64,000 nucleotides of DNA, taken from the IMG/VR virus record IMGVR_UViG_3300033069_001715. One strand, given 5' to 3'. Under the pieces are notes generated by a model that saw only the letters and a list, made by a program, of their open reading frames with translations, was not told the origin of the DNA and made no database searches. Position 1 is the first letter of the stretch. Each line of letters starts with the position of its first letter. Below, piece after piece: positions 63,982 through 64,000 of the stretch. The position numbers and the translations under genes were made by a program. Origin of the DNA: an uncultured virus (IMG/VR IMGVR_UViG_3300033069_001715) (lineage: Duplodnaviria; Heunggongvirae; Uroviricota; Caudoviricetes).

Positions 63982-64000
63982 ACCGACAGCAACCTCTTCA

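Noticed and set aside
1..64000. Genome-wide stop-codon reassignment
   Set aside because: Coding density is high under the standard code. TAG and TGA end many genes right before terminators or coupled starts, and only one suspicious internal TAG was seen.
1..64000. tRNA or other structured RNA genes
   Set aside because: Intergenic gaps are short and none showed a cloverleaf by eye; tRNAscan/Infernal were not run.

Overview
This is a 64-kb segment of a large (jumbo-type) contractile-tailed bacteriophage, with almost all genes on the minus strand and the standard genetic code. Secreted low-complexity proteins suggest a Planctomycetota-like host, which is an inference. Positions 1-40 kb hold the virion module: fibre/collar proteins, tail tube and sheath, neck proteins, a papain-like (C1) peptidase/membrane-protein cluster, an HK97-type major capsid protein, decoration and scaffold proteins, a prohead protease, a set of glycine-zipper internal proteins carrying enzyme domains, and the C-terminal half of a split RNA polymerase beta' subunit. 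Positions 40-64 kb hold tightly packed small accessory genes, including a GT25 glycosyltransferase, two DNA methyltransferases, a BCS1-like AAA+ ATPase and a MazG-like pyrophosphatase. Three inteins sit at or beside active sites. Main highlights: (1) a 16-bp near-palindrome (GAGACAGCGCTGTCGC) recurs at least 11 times, plus 2 variants, every ~3-8 kb in both genes and intergenic gaps; (2) a K-x-A motif saturates the head proteins and separates domains of apparent polyproteins; (3) the beta' fragment is cysteine-free and lacks its Zn site; (4) a GG-ending ubiquitin-like protein is coupled to a Cys/His-containing partner; (5) a conserved terminator tail TTTTTTAGCTA. No tRNA, rRNA or CRISPR array was seen. 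All functional calls come from motif recognition by eye; no database searches were run.
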